Shown piece by piece: positions 38,592-49,534 of a stretch of 64,000 bases of DNA. The position numbers and the translations under genes are program-made. Below the pieces are notes generated by a model that had not been told where the DNA came from, ran no database searches, and was given only the letters and a program-made list of their open reading frames with translations. The stretch lies in contig OY760505.1 in assembly GCA_963663545.1 (NCBI GenBank), positions 416,001 through 480,000 on the forward strand, written 5' to 3'. Source of the stretch: Candidatus Delongbacteria bacterium (GTDB lineage: Bacteria > CAIWAD01). How positions within the stretch are numbered: the first letter of the stretch is position 1; each line of letters starts with the position of its first letter.

Positions 38592-39251
38592 TCACATCAT
38601 CGTTGCCAGGCGCTCCACCAAGTGGTGAATGCCGCGCTCTACTTGCAAGGGAGACACCGCGCTGTTCCAGGCGGAAACCGTGACCAGCCGGTTGCCCTTG
38701 TCGACGCAGATTTCATCGGCGGCGCAATTCTGATGGGTGGCTCCCCAGCCCTCAACCATGCCTGCCAACTCCGCATTGTCACCCAAGGTGACTAGCGGAT
38801 AGCGACCCGCCTTTCCCAATACATGCGCAGCGATAACCGGTGCAATGCAAATGAAGCCCAGGCATCCATGCTGTCGATGCATACTCAACACCGCCGCTTC
38901 CACCTGCGGATGCACACTCATGGCTTGTCCGTCGTAGGCGAAGGAACACAGATTTTTAGCCACACCAAAACCGCCCGGGAAGATCAAACCCTGGAAATCT
39001 GCCGGTGTGAGCTCACTCAAGGGACGAATGGCACCGCGCACAATGCGGGCCGCCTCACGCATCTGGTTGCGTCCCTCCTGAGCCGCCTCTCTGCCTGTGT
39101 GATCCACCACATCGCGCTGCGCCTCATCGGGCGCAAACCATTCCACCGCAATCTCGTTTCGCGCAAGTGCAAGCAGCGTGCAAACGACTTCCTGAATCTC
39201 GGAGCCGTCATATACACCGCAGCCGGTGAGAATTCCAGCGACCTTTTTCAC
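38592..39251 (-). CDS. elbB: ElbB/ES1-family glyoxalase
   Basis: GCGVYDGSEI.E, EAARIVRG, PGGFGVAKNL, CIAP; GTG start with GGAGGA RBS. Confidence 0.9.
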   Translation of the reverse strand: MKKVAGILTGCGVYDGSEIQEVVCTLLALARNEIAVEWFAPDEAQRDVVDHTGREAAQEGRNQMREAARIVRGAIRPLSELTPADFQGLIFPGGFGVAKNLCSFAYDGQAMSVHPQVEAAVLSMHRQHGCLGFICIAPVIAAHVLGKAGRYPLVTLGDNAELAGMVEGWGATHQNCAADEICVDKGNRLVTVSAWNSAVSPLQVERGIHHLVERLATMM

Positions 39252-39366
39252 AAGTCCTCCTATTGCAAAACGGAGAGTAGCACTCAATACAAACCGGCCC
39301 CCCTTGCGGGTGGGCCGGTAGCGTGTTCAGACAAGATAGGATCGCAGCAGGTGGGAATCAGGCTTC

Positions 39367-39576
39367 TCAAGCCTCCACATCGGGATTCTGCTCCAGACCC
39401 TTCTCTACCATTTGATCCTGGATCCTAGCGCGCGACCAACAAGTCTCGCAATAATAGGTCTCCGGAATGCTGAAATCGGGGTAGTACATTTCCTGATCAT
39501 TCTCGGTCAAACACACAGCGCACTGCATGCCGGGCTGCCAAGGGACAGCGCGTTCCTGGTTGACGGGTTCAAACAT
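39367..39576 (-). CDS. Small CxxC...CxxC protein
   Basis: GGAGG RBS, CAVC and CETC motifs; followed by a terminator-like hairpin at 39293-39319. Confidence 0.6.
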   Translation of the reverse strand: MFEPVNQERAVPWQPGMQCAVCLTENDQEMYYPDFSIPETYYCETCWSRARIQDQMVEKGLEQNPDVEA

Positions 39577-39626
39577 AGTCTACCTCCAGGGTTGGTAACA
39601 ACCGCCTCGGATGGCTATCAACTGCC

Positions 39627-41165
39627 TCAGACCGCGGTAGCTACAGCCTTCGTTTCACGTATCACGACAACCTTGATTGAGCCAGGAAACTCCATCTCCT
39701 GGCTTATCTTCTGAGCAATATCGCTGGACAGCACGTCAGCCATGCTGTCGCTGATTTTCTCTGATTCGGCAACGATGCGGATTTCGCGGCCAGCATAAAG
39801 GGCGTAAACACGATGCACGCCGGGAAAAGCCTCGGCGATGGATTCCAGCTTCTCCACGCGCTTGGTGTAGCTGTCCACACTGTCGCGGCGGCTGCCGGGA
39901 CGTGCCGAGCTGATGATGTCGGCGGCGGTGACAAGTTCGCTGATGGGATCGATGGGCGGCGCTTCGTTGTGATGCGCCATCACCGAGTTAATGACGATGG
40001 GGTGCTCGCGCACGCGCTTCGTGACTTCGACACCAATGGCCACATGGCTGCGCTCGCTGCCGTTGCTCTCGGCCTTGCCAACGTCGTGCAGCAAACCCGC
40101 GCGCTTGGCCAGCATGACATCCAGGCCCAACTCGGCGGCCATGGCTCCCGCAATGCTCGCCACTTCGCGGCTGTGATCCAGCACGTTCTGACCGTAACTG
40201 GTACGATAGCGCAAGCGGCCCAGCATACGCTTCAGATCAGGATGCACGTTCAGTTTGAGCTCGCGCAGCACCTTGCCCGCAGCCTCGTTCATCACACCAT
40301 CTACCTGGCGCGTGGCCTTGGCAACTGCCTCCTGAATGGTCTTGGGTGAGAAGTTGCGGCTCTTGATCAGGGCTTCCAGCGCAATGCGCGCAATTTCGCG
40401 TCTGACGGGATCGAAGCAGCTGAGCACGATGGTGTCCGGCGTTTCGTCCACGATCATTTTGGCGCCGGTGATTTGCTCAAAGCTCTTGATGTTACGGCCT
40501 TCGCGACCGATGATCATGCCCTTGATGCGATTGTTGGGGATCTCCACCTCTTTGATGGTGGCTTCGCCAGCCGTATCGGCCGCCTGCTTCTCGATGGCGG
40601 TGATGATGATCTCGCGTGCTTCTCGGGAGGCGGTTTCGCGTGCGCGGTTCTTGATTTCCGCGACCTGCTCGGCGGCTTCCTGCTCAAAACGCTCGGTGGC
40701 GATTTCCAGCACCTCGCGGCGCGCCTCATCCATGGTCAGCCCGGCGATGCTGGTCAGGCGATCCACCTGTTCATCGATGCGCTGTTTCAGCTCAATCTTG
40801 AGCTGCTCCTGCTCCTCTTCGCGATGGTCAAGCTCCTTCAGGCGCAGCTTGGTTTCCATCTCCAGATCGTGCGCGGCCTTAGCCTGTGCGCGAATTTCGG
40901 TCTCGCGACCGCGAATTTGCTGTTCGCGCTGCTGAAGCTTCTTCTCACGACGACGCAGGTCCTCCTTGCGGCGATTCTCCTTCTGCGCCCACTCCTCGCG
41001 GGCACTGATCAGAGCTTGCTTGCGGATGGTGTCTGCCTCGCGCTTGGCGTGAGTCAGAATATCTTCAGCTGCACTGCGCTGGCGGCGATTGTAGGCCACA
41101 ACAACAGCGGCGCTCAATCCAGCTCCAACCAGCAGTCCCAGCAGCAATGTCAACCCGTAATACAT
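39627..41165 (-). CDS. rny: Ribonuclease Y
   Basis: TM anchor, coiled coil, KH domain (IIGREGRNI), HD domain (RTSYGQN...LLHDVGK). Confidence 0.96.
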   Translation of the reverse strand: MYYGLTLLLGLLVGAGLSAAVVVAYNRRQRSAAEDILTHAKREADTIRKQALISAREEWAQKENRRKEDLRRREKKLQQREQQIRGRETEIRAQAKAAHDLEMETKLRLKELDHREEEQEQLKIELKQRIDEQVDRLTSIAGLTMDEARREVLEIATERFEQEAAEQVAEIKNRARETASREAREIIITAIEKQAADTAGEATIKEVEIPNNRIKGMIIGREGRNIKSFEQITGAKMIVDETPDTIVLSCFDPVRREIARIALEALIKSRNFSPKTIQEAVAKATRQVDGVMNEAAGKVLRELKLNVHPDLKRMLGRLRYRTSYGQNVLDHSREVASIAGAMAAELGLDVMLAKRAGLLHDVGKAESNGSERSHVAIGVEVTKRVREHPIVINSVMAHHNEAPPIDPISELVTAADIISSARPGSRRDSVDSYTKRVEKLESIAEAFPGVHRVYALYAGREIRIVAESEKISDSMADVLSSDIAQKISQEMEFPGSIKVVVIRETKAVATAV

Positions 41166-41274
41166 CAGTTCTCCGTATATGTACGTTTCCTTCTGGGGAA
41201 GCAAACAAGAGTACTAAATGGTACGCTGATTTCGGAGCACAAAGTGTTATCGACCGAGGAATCTGAAGCTGGGA

Positions 41275-42153
41275 TCAGAGACGGCACGCTCGCCGCAACC
41301 GACGAGTGAAGCGGTCCGAAAGGTCCTGAAGACTGAATCGAGGCGGATGATAATCACTTCCATCGTCGCGAACGCCGTGATAATCGCTGCCTGCGGTCCA
41401 GATCAGTTTATTACGCCTTGCAAGCTCCATCAGCAGCTTGCTTTGTCCGCCCTTGTGCCCGGGATGCCGCGCCTCCAGGCCGTCCACACCGCAATGCAAA
41501 GCTGGCAGAAACTCACTGTCCGGCAGGCTTTTGCCCGGATGGGCCAGCACCACCAGGCCGTCCTGGGCGTGAGCGATGCGCACCACTTCAGCGGCCGCGG
41601 GTAATTCCTTAGCGACGCCAGCAGGCTTATCGTTGGCCAAATAACGATGAAATGCCTGTGCAAAGTTATTGACAACTCCCAGCCTGAGCAGCTCGGCGGC
41701 CAGATGCGGGCGACCGGCGCTTCCCGTGGCCAGCAGCTCACTGAAACGGGCACGCTCCACCTCAACCCCCTCGGCGTACAGACACTCAAGCATGCGGTCG
41801 AAGCGACGCACGCGCTCTTGACGGATGGCGCTCAGCAGCCTATCGAAATCGCCTTCGCCTGCAGGAATGCCGTAGACGAGCAAGTGGACCTCGGCCCCCT
41901 CCGCCGAAAACACAGGCAGTTGATTGGAGGAAGCCCGCTTCTCTACCGGACGCAGCCGAGCCGAGACCTCGACGCCTGGCAAAGCGTACATGCCGCATGC
42001 GTGAGCGGCCCGGCAGAATTCCTCGCTGCCCGCCTGAGTATCATGGTCGGTGAGTGCAGCACCAAGAATGCCGCGAGCGTGCAAGAGCTCCACCAGTCGA
42101 GTTGGACTGTGGCGACCATCGCTGCAGGTAGAATGCAGGTGCAGATCGATCAC
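41275..42153 (-). CDS. PHP-domain phosphoesterase (TrpH/YciV-like)
   Basis: DLHLHSTCSDG, LTDHDT, LAHP, GSDYHG. Confidence 0.9.
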   Translation of the reverse strand: MIDLHLHSTCSDGRHSPTRLVELLHARGILGAALTDHDTQAGSEEFCRAAHACGMYALPGVEVSARLRPVEKRASSNQLPVFSAEGAEVHLLVYGIPAGEGDFDRLLSAIRQERVRRFDRMLECLYAEGVEVERARFSELLATGSAGRPHLAAELLRLGVVNNFAQAFHRYLANDKPAGVAKELPAAAEVVRIAHAQDGLVVLAHPGKSLPDSEFLPALHCGVDGLEARHPGHKGGQSKLLMELARRNKLIWTAGSDYHGVRDDGSDYHPPRFSLQDLSDRFTRRLRRACRL

Positions 42154-43193
42154 CGGCAGATGTCCAGCATGCGCGTCAGGGCGCTGCGAGCGCCTGCGGC
42201 GTCGGCGTCGGCGACTTCCACCAGGTTGCGCTGGCCCAGATCCTCAAGCACTTCCAACAGAGCAAGGGGCGTACTCATGCTCATGGTGTTACAGATCGAG
42301 CTTCTGCCCAGCAGGCGGATTTCGCGATCTGGCAACTCGGCATTCAACCGTGCCACCAGCTTCTCTTCGGTGCCCACGTAGATCACGCTTCCTTCAGGCG
42401 CGCGGCGGCAATAATCGATGATGTAGCTGGTGCTGCCGGCATCGTCACAAAGCGCAACGATCTCGCGGGGACATTCGGGATGTACAATGACAAGCGCCTT
42501 GGGCTCGGCAGCACGAGCCTCGCGCACCATGTCTTCCGTGAAGTAGGTGTGCACGCAGCAATGGCCTTGCCACAGGATGATTCTGGCGCTCTGGATCTGC
42601 TCCGGCGTCACTCCTCCCAGAGGCCGGAAAGGATCGTAGACCACCACTTCCTCACCGCTGATGCCGCGCTTGAAGGCCGTGTTGCGCCCAAGATGCTGAT
42701 CGGGCGCAAAGAGGACGCGCTCGCCGCGACTGAATGCCCAGTCCAGCACACGCTCCGCGTTGGAGCTCGTACAGACAGCGCCCCCGTGCGTGCCGCAGAA
42801 GGCCTTGGTGCCCACATCGGAATTCACGTAGGTTACCGGTGTCACGGCGTTCATGTCACCCAGCACGTCGCCCAGCGCGGACCAGGCTCGCTCGATGGCC
42901 GGGCGATCGGCCATGTCCGCCATCGGGCAGCCCGCTTCCGGCACGGGATGAATGACCAGCTGATCCTCACGGGCGAGCACACGGGCGCTTTCGGCCATGA
43001 AGCGCACACCGCAAAAAACGATGTAGCGCGCTTTGCTGGCGGCGGCCTCGCGGGCGAGTTGAAAACTGTCGCCGCGCAAATCGGCGTATTGTATCACATC
43101 GTCACTCTGATAATGGTGACCCAGAATCAGGAGCTCTTCGCCGTACTGCAGTTTGAGTTCAGCGATGCGGGTGTGAATCTGTTGGCTTCTCAT
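42150..43193 (-). CDS. nadA: Quinolinate synthase
   Basis: LGHHYQ, VFCGVRFMAE, GCPMA, CTSSNA, HPEC. Confidence 0.95.
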   Translation of the reverse strand: MRSQQIHTRIAELKLQYGEELLILGHHYQSDDVIQYADLRGDSFQLAREAAASKARYIVFCGVRFMAESARVLAREDQLVIHPVPEAGCPMADMADRPAIERAWSALGDVLGDMNAVTPVTYVNSDVGTKAFCGTHGGAVCTSSNAERVLDWAFSRGERVLFAPDQHLGRNTAFKRGISGEEVVVYDPFRPLGGVTPEQIQSARIILWQGHCCVHTYFTEDMVREARAAEPKALVIVHPECPREIVALCDDAGSTSYIIDYCRRAPEGSVIYVGTEEKLVARLNAELPDREIRLLGRSSICNTMSMSTPLALLEVLEDLGQRNLVEVADADAAGARSALTRMLDICR

Positions 43194-43285
43194 GCCGCTT
43201 TCCAAGTACATGCAGGGTTCTAAAAACCCCGCGGGGTCCAAGCGGACCCCGCAGGCAACTGTTTCTCGTTTGCGAACCGGAAGAA

Positions 43286-44797
43286 CTACTCGGCGAAGTT
43301 GGCCGCAAAGTTCTCCAGCAGGTCGTAGACCATGTGCACACCAACGCCGGTGGCACCGGTCACATAACCGGACTTCTTGGGAACCCAGGCGGTTCCGGCG
43401 ATGTCAACGTGCGCCCAGGGGGTTTCCTCGCTGACGGCCTCGTTCAGGAAGGCGCCCGCGGTGATAGTACCCGCCTGACGGTCATTGGTGCTGTTGCAAA
43501 TGTCGGCGATACGCGACTTGATCATGTCGCGATATTCCTCGCTCATGGGCAAGGGCCAACAGGTATCACCAGAGCTGGCACCCGCCTCGACAACGGCTTC
43601 CACCATGCCCGGATCGTTGCCCACCACGGCACTCATCACATGCCCCAGGGCAATCAGCACCGCACCGGTCAGCGTGGCGAAATCCATCATGGCATCGGGC
43701 TTGTAGGTGCGCTCGGCGTAGGTCAGCGCGTCGCACAGCAGCAGACGGCCTTCGGCATCGGTATTGATGATTTCCACTTTCTTGCCGCACAGCAGCTCAA
43801 TAATGTCACCGGGCTTGTAGCTGGTGCCATCGGGCAGGTTTTCGGCAGCCGGAATCACGCCAAAGACATCCACATCGGGCTGGATCTCGTTGATCACCGA
43901 AAAGACGCCGAGCACGGCGGCGGCGCCGCACATATCGTACTTCATGTCTTCCATCTTGGCGCCCGGCTTCAAGCTGATACCGCCGGAATCGAAGGTGATG
44001 CCCTTGCCGATGACCGCAAGCTTGCGCGCATTGCGCTTGCCGCAACGGTACTCGAGAGCAATCAGCTTGCTTTCTTGTGCGCTGCCCTGCCCCACGGCCA
44101 GAATGCCGCCGGCGCCCATCTTCTTGAGCTGGGCCTCGCCCATCACCTTGACCTTGATCTTGCTAGTCTTGCCGCTGGCAAAGGAGAGCGCCGTCTTGGC
44201 CAGATACTCGGGAGTGGCGGTGTTGCCGGGATGGGTGCCCAGATCGCGGGCTACGTTCACACCGCGGCCAATGGTGTCACCGCGCTTGAGAGCTGCGACG
44301 AGCTCCTTGGCGGGTTTCTCGCCGGCGCGAACAACGATGGTCTTCAGCGAGCTGGTCTTCGGCTTGCTGCGATAGTGTTCAAACTCCCAGTTGCCAGTGC
44401 GCAGGCTGCGGGCCATGGTCACGGCTACGGAGACGGCCTCGGGGCCCTGCTCATCCAGCTCAGGCATTTCGATTGCAACAGCCTTGTAGTGCTGGTTCTT
44501 CAGCCAGATACTTAAGCCACCGAAGGCGGTGGTTACGGTCTTGAGTGCAAAACGCTCGCGATCGCCCAGACCAAGCAGCAGCAAACGCTGAATGCCAGCC
44601 TTGGAATCGTTGGGATACAGCATGAAGCGCTCAGAAGTCTTGCCACAGAAATCGCCAGCCTTTAGTACGCGGGCGACGTCGAAATACTGGTCCAGACCCG
44701 CCAACTCGGCCGGAAGGCCTTCGCCTTTGTACAAACACACTACATAGAGTTCTGTCTTCAGCTTGTTCAGCGCGTCTTTTTTAATGACCAGTTCCAT
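43286..44797 (-). CDS. pepA: Leucyl aminopeptidase (M17)
   Basis: GKGITFDSGG, MKYDMCG, NTDAEGRL, ATLTGA. Confidence 0.96.
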   Translation of the reverse strand: MELVIKKDALNKLKTELYVVCLYKGEGLPAELAGLDQYFDVARVLKAGDFCGKTSERFMLYPNDSKAGIQRLLLLGLGDRERFALKTVTTAFGGLSIWLKNQHYKAVAIEMPELDEQGPEAVSVAVTMARSLRTGNWEFEHYRSKPKTSSLKTIVVRAGEKPAKELVAALKRGDTIGRGVNVARDLGTHPGNTATPEYLAKTALSFASGKTSKIKVKVMGEAQLKKMGAGGILAVGQGSAQESKLIALEYRCGKRNARKLAVIGKGITFDSGGISLKPGAKMEDMKYDMCGAAAVLGVFSVINEIQPDVDVFGVIPAAENLPDGTSYKPGDIIELLCGKKVEIINTDAEGRLLLCDALTYAERTYKPDAMMDFATLTGAVLIALGHVMSAVVGNDPGMVEAVVEAGASSGDTCWPLPMSEEYRDMIKSRIADICNSTNDRQAGTITAGAFLNEAVSEETPWAHVDIAGTAWVPKKSGYVTGATGVGVHMVYDLLENFAANFAE

Positions 44798-45686
44798 GCT
44801 CGTCCTCACTTGTTTCTATTTGTATTGGAATCTCTCTTACTACGCCGCCAAAACCGATCAGCCTGTCGACGACATGAGAAATGAGCACCTCCGGGGTGGA
44901 CGCACCGGCGGAGACACCTACTGTGGCCAAGCCCTGCAATTCTTCTTCGCGCAGTGCATCGGCATTTTCAATCAAGCGCGCATCGGCTCCGCAATCGCGG
45001 GCGATGTCACACAGACGGTTGGCATTTGCGCTCGACGTGGACCCGACCACAAAAATGACCTGGCAGCAGCGCGCCAGCTCTCGAATGGCGCGTTGACGGC
45101 GAGCGGTCGCATCGCAAATGGTGTCGAAGACCTGAAGCTGCGGAAACCGCGTTTTCAAACGATCTACCATTGTAGCGAATTGCGCTCTGTCCTGGGTGGT
45201 CTGCGAGAGCAATGCGACGTCCTCCCACTCGGCGGGAAGGGTGTCAACCTGATCAGGGCTATGTATCACGAGGACCTGGTCTGGCGCCTGACCAACGATT
45301 CCGGTGACTTCACTGTGGCCTTCATCTCCCAGCAAAATCACGTGTTTGCCCTGTTCGGCAAGCTGGCGCACAATACGATGAATGCGTGTTACAAGCGGGC
45401 AGGTCGCATCCAGCACGTGCAGGCCGCGGGCGCGTGCTGTTCGTACGACTTCAGGTGATACACCGTGTGCGCTAACCACCATGCGCCCGGAGGGAATCTC
45501 GTCCAGCGCTTCAACGCAGCGAATACTCTTTTGCTCCAGCTCGCGTATCACGTGCTTATTATGCACGATTTCGTGCAACACACAGATCTCGCCTTCAGGG
45601 TCCTCTTCACGCGCTTGATATACCAGTGAAATGGCGCGCTCAACACCAAAACAGAATCCCATTTCTCTGGCAAGCAGGATTTCCAT
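44781..45686 (-). CDS. ispH: 4-hydroxy-3-methylbut-2-enyl diphosphate reductase
   Basis: GFCFGVERA, AHGV, DATCP, SQTT, TICDAT, SAGASTP. Confidence 0.96.
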   Translation of the reverse strand: MEILLAREMGFCFGVERAISLVYQAREEDPEGEICVLHEIVHNKHVIRELEQKSIRCVEALDEIPSGRMVVSAHGVSPEVVRTARARGLHVLDATCPLVTRIHRIVRQLAEQGKHVILLGDEGHSEVTGIVGQAPDQVLVIHSPDQVDTLPAEWEDVALLSQTTQDRAQFATMVDRLKTRFPQLQVFDTICDATARRQRAIRELARCCQVIFVVGSTSSANANRLCDIARDCGADARLIENADALREEELQGLATVGVSAGASTPEVLISHVVDRLIGFGGVVREIPIQIETSEDEHGTGH

Positions 45687-47569
45687 CAGTTCTCCAGCAA
45701 GGCAAGCACGCGCTCGGCGATGCGCTGTCCGGTCAGACCAACCTGATCAAGCAACAGCCGACGCCCGCCGTGTTCCACCCACTGATCGGGCAGACTCATG
45801 TGATACAAGCCTCTGGTACGGCCCAGGCAGGCAAGCTCACCGCGCAGGGCCTCGCCAAATCCACCTCGCGGACAGTTTTCCTCGACCGTGATCAGCGGTA
45901 GCGGACAAGCGGCGAGTTCAGCCAGTATCTGTTGATCCATAGGTTTGATAAAACGGCAGTTGATGACTTCCGCCTCGACCTTGTGCTCGGCCAGCAGCTC
46001 GGCGGCATCCAGACATTCACGTACCATCGATCCAACCGCAAGGAATCGCAGGCGATTGCCTACTCGCAAGCGCTTCCAGCTGCCCAGCGCAATGGGCTCC
46101 ACCGGTAGTGCTGGGTCAAAGGCGTAGGAGTTATCCTTGGGGTAGCGGATGCAGAAGGGACCGCTGTGTGATACAGCCAGATGCAACAGGGCGCGAAACT
46201 CGTTGCCATCCGCTGGCGCTGTAACCACCATACCGGGCACCATACCCATGTAGGACAAGTCGAAATTGCCGTGATGCGTCGGGCCATCCGCACCCACCAG
46301 ACCGGCACGGTCCAGCGCAAAAATCACCGGCAGCTTCTGCAAGGCTACATCGTGTATCACATTGTCCACTGCGCGTTGCATGAACGTGGAATAGACGGCG
46401 ACAACCGGAAGCTGCCCGGCCGCAGCAGCGCCCGCGGCGAAGGTGACGGCGTGCCCCTCGGCGATGCCCACATCCACAACTCGCTCAGGATGCGCGGCCG
46501 CCAGCGGCGCCAGCCCCGTCCCTTCGGCCATGGCAGCGGTAATGGCAAAGAGCCCCTCATGCTTGGGCAACAATTCTTCCAGAATCACGGGTAGCAGATT
46601 GTTGTAACTGGGCGCTTTGGGCTGCTCGGTTTCCAGCATATCCTGCGGTGCTGTCTCCCGCAGGTTGCCGCCAATGCCGTGATACTTCACGGGATTGCGC
46701 TCCGCGATGGGCAGCCCCTTGCCCTTCTTGGTGACGACATGCAGCAGGCGCGGACCGCGGATTTTGTGCAGGCGCTCAAGAGTGTGAGTCATGGCGCTCA
46801 GATCGTGGCCGTCGATCGGACCGAAATACCGATAGCCAAGTTCGTTGAAGAAAATGCCCGGCAGCACCAGAGAGCTCAGACTCTCGAACATGCGACGCGC
46901 CAGCTCGCGGCTGCGGTCCTTGTTGCGTCCGCCCAGCTTGCCGGTGGCTTCCCATACTTGGTCGCGCAAGCGATTAACAAAGGGATGCAGGTTGACTTCG
47001 GTAAAGTAGTGTGACAGCGCGCCCACATTGGGACTAATGGACATCTGGTTGTCGTTGAGGATCACGAGCAAATCCAGTCCGCTGGCTCCGCCGTGATTCA
47101 AACCCTCAAAAGCCAGGCCGCCCGTCAGACTGCCATCGCCGATGATGGCAATTGTCTCACGCCGCTCTTTGCGCCGCTTGGCTGCGTAGGCAAAACCTAG
47201 TGCGGCCGAGATGGAAGTGGACGCGTGACCTGCGCCAAAAGCATCGTGCTCCGATTCTTCCCGTTTGAGAAAGCCGGAAAGCCCGCCAAACTGGCGCACG
47301 GTTTCGAACTCGCTCTGGCGCCCCGTCAACAGCTTATGGATATAGCCCTGATGACCGACATCCCAAATCATCTTGTCGCGAGGGCTATCGAACACGCGAT
47401 GCAGGGCAACGGTGAGTTCAACCACACCCAGGCTGGCAGCCAGATGGCCACCGGAGCTAGTGATAACGCGTATCACCTCGTTGCGCAGCTCTCGACAAAG
47501 CTGGGGCAGGTCCTCTTCGGGCAACAGTTTCAGGTCGCCGGGGCCCTGGATCCGTTCCAGCAAACTCAT
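45686..47569 (-). CDS. dxs: 1-deoxy-D-xylulose-5-phosphate synthase
   Basis: GGHLAASLGVVEL, WDVGHQ, GDGSLTGG, DRAGLVGADGPTH. Confidence 0.97.
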   Translation of the reverse strand: MSLLERIQGPGDLKLLPEEDLPQLCRELRNEVIRVITSSGGHLAASLGVVELTVALHRVFDSPRDKMIWDVGHQGYIHKLLTGRQSEFETVRQFGGLSGFLKREESEHDAFGAGHASTSISAALGFAYAAKRRKERRETIAIIGDGSLTGGLAFEGLNHGGASGLDLLVILNDNQMSISPNVGALSHYFTEVNLHPFVNRLRDQVWEATGKLGGRNKDRSRELARRMFESLSSLVLPGIFFNELGYRYFGPIDGHDLSAMTHTLERLHKIRGPRLLHVVTKKGKGLPIAERNPVKYHGIGGNLRETAPQDMLETEQPKAPSYNNLLPVILEELLPKHEGLFAITAAMAEGTGLAPLAAAHPERVVDVGIAEGHAVTFAAGAAAAGQLPVVAVYSTFMQRAVDNVIHDVALQKLPVIFALDRAGLVGADGPTHHGNFDLSYMGMVPGMVVTAPADGNEFRALLHLAVSHSGPFCIRYPKDNSYAFDPALPVEPIALGSWKRLRVGNRLRFLAVGSMVRECLDAAELLAEHKVEAEVINCRFIKPMDQQILAELAACPLPLITVEENCPRGGFGEALRGELACLGRTRGLYHMSLPDQWVEHGGRRLLLDQVGLTGQRIAERVLALLEN

Positions 47570-48615
47570 GCTTCTTCACCTTCCTCACGCAGCGTCAGTA
47601 GCTGTCGTGTATCACGAATGTGATTCAGTGTCGCTTCCAGCACAGCGCTTTCTACATCGGCGCGTGCTTTTTCCAGACTTGCACCGGCGGCAAAGCGGTG
47701 CCCACCCCCACCGAAGAGACCTGCAACGGCATTAACGTCGTAGGGTTCCTTGCAGCGGAAGTTCAACTTGGTTCCCCCCTGCTCCGCATCGCTAAAGGTC
47801 AGGGTCATCCGACATCCTTGGACACTCAGGCCCATGTTGACGAAGCCTTCGCTTAGTTGGCGCGTGGCCCCTGTTTCCGCCAGCATCTCCTGCGTGATCC
47901 GAAAGACCAGCAGTTCGCCGTCCGCGTGGCTTTGCATGGATTCCAGATAGCGGCCCATTAGTTTGAAGCGTGCTAGCGGATAGCGCTGATTGACCAGCTC
48001 GTGCAGGCGCGCGGGAACGACGCCCAGCCGCACCAGTTCTGCAGCCATTTCCAGCGTTTCGGCTCGGGTTGCAGGAAAACTGAATCCGCCGGTGTCGGTG
48101 CTGATGGAAACGTAAAGCGCTTCGGCACTGGCCTTGTCAGGCTTCATCTCCATCGCCCGCAACAGCTCCCACAGGACTTCGCCTGTAGATCCGATTTGCG
48201 GAAATGTGTAAAGCAATCCCTGGCCGATGTCGTTGGAAAGGTGATGATCGATCACCAGCAGCGGCAAGCCGCTTTCTTCGAGCCTCTGGCGTACACCACC
48301 CGTGCGATGCATAGTGGACACATCGAGCACAAGACAGCCATCCAGCGAGTCCGGCAGTGTGGCCGATTCGGGTTGCCAGCACGTGGGGCAATCCAGATCC
48401 TCGAAGAGGAAAGTGTAAACGTCCGGTACCGGCCCCTGGCTGACAATGTGGACGTCGCAGCCACGCTTCTTCAGCAGACGCGCCATCGCCGCAAGCGATC
48501 CCAGAGCGTCGCCGTCCGGATTCAGATGCGTGCAAAGCAAGAGCCGTTTTCCAGGCTGGAGGAAGTCTATGGCTGGCCGCCAATCGGCGTCACGGGGATT
48601 CGCTGGCAAGTGCAT
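47566..48615 (-). CDS. DHH-family phosphoesterase (NrnA-like)
   Basis: HLNPDGDALGS, IDHH, TDTG, GGGHRFAAG. Confidence 0.92.
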   Translation of the reverse strand: MHLPANPRDADWRPAIDFLQPGKRLLLCTHLNPDGDALGSLAAMARLLKKRGCDVHIVSQGPVPDVYTFLFEDLDCPTCWQPESATLPDSLDGCLVLDVSTMHRTGGVRQRLEESGLPLLVIDHHLSNDIGQGLLYTFPQIGSTGEVLWELLRAMEMKPDKASAEALYVSISTDTGGFSFPATRAETLEMAAELVRLGVVPARLHELVNQRYPLARFKLMGRYLESMQSHADGELLVFRITQEMLAETGATRQLSEGFVNMGLSVQGCRMTLTFSDAEQGGTKLNFRCKEPYDVNAVAGLFGGGGHRFAAGASLEKARADVESAVLEATLNHIRDTRQLLTLREEGEEA

Positions 48616-48712
48616 GATTCACCTCTTGTGCCTCCGCAGCACAGCATCTTCAAATGTAGAAGACCGGCGCGAGCAGTCGAGAAAGATAGGCTTTTCACAA
48701 TGAGAGGCAAAC

Positions 48713-49534
48713 TCAGGCGCGTCGGAAGTGATTGCGCAACTCCTCTGCCTGCCAGCCAAGACGTAACATGCGCTGTAGTGCGTGACTGTAGTACACGGGG
48801 TCGTCTTCGCGCAGCAGCGCCAGAGAGCGTGTCGCCTCAATAACGGCACCGCGATCCGGGAGCTCGCGGGTCACCAGCTTCAGCCAGTGAAGGAGTTGTA
48901 ACCGTTCGCCATCGAGCGGCAGCAGTAGTTCAGTGGGGCGCAGACATTGCCAGAGCCCCAAATCCAGCTCGTCATCGGGACGAACCACCGTGCGCAGAAA
49001 CAGATGCAGGCGCATCACGGAGCTACCCTTGGCGGGTCGCGGAAGCAAATGGGCAGCACGGCATTCGCGGCGTTCTTCCTCGCTGACGCTGCGCTGCAGT
49101 TGCTTCATGAAGCGGTCGCAACACTCCAGATAACGTCGTCCGGGCGCCTGACCTTCGCTGAAGAGCTCTTCCAGGGTATTGCTGCGCTTCAGGCTTACCC
49201 GCAGAGCGTGCAACCACAAATACACGCCCTCTGGCGGAATGAAACTGAACTGCATGTCCTGGCAGAGCTCCTGCAACATCTGCTGGCTCAGGCGGGACAG
49301 CGTGCGGGCGGGCTGTTTGCCCAGACGTCCAAGCAGGAGTTTGATCCAGCCGCGGCGCTCCTCTTCGGGGCCGAATTGGAGCATGGCCACAAGAAAGGCA
49401 ACCAGTTCGCGATCGCGCGGATGCGCGTATTGACGGGCCAGCTGCCCGGGTGACATGGCATCGGGCTGGTGAAGGTGATCCTCCACCAACCCGCCCAAAA
49501 ATCGTTGCAAACGCGCAATGCGATCAGGTTTCAC
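48713..49534 (-). CDS. DUF2400/TIGR02757-like protein (divergent)
   Basis: DRELVAF, S..RLHLFLR.VVR, DLGLW, LLLPLD, DPV.Y; GTG start. Confidence 0.7.
   Translation of the reverse strand: MKPDRIARLQRFLGGLVEDHLHQPDAMSPGQLARQYAHPRDRELVAFLVAMLQFGPEEERRGWIKLLLGRLGKQPARTLSRLSQQMLQELCQDMQFSFIPPEGVYLWLHALRVSLKRSNTLEELFSEGQAPGRRYLECCDRFMKQLQRSVSEEERRECRAAHLLPRPAKGSSVMRLHLFLRTVVRPDDELDLGLWQCLRPTELLLPLDGERLQLLHWLKLVTRELPDRGAVIEATRSLALLREDDPVYYSHALQRMLRLGWQAEELRNHFRRA

Noticed and set aside
41166..41274. 6S RNA upstream of rny
   Set aside because: The spacer is only about 110 bp, with no long hairpin and no zapA.
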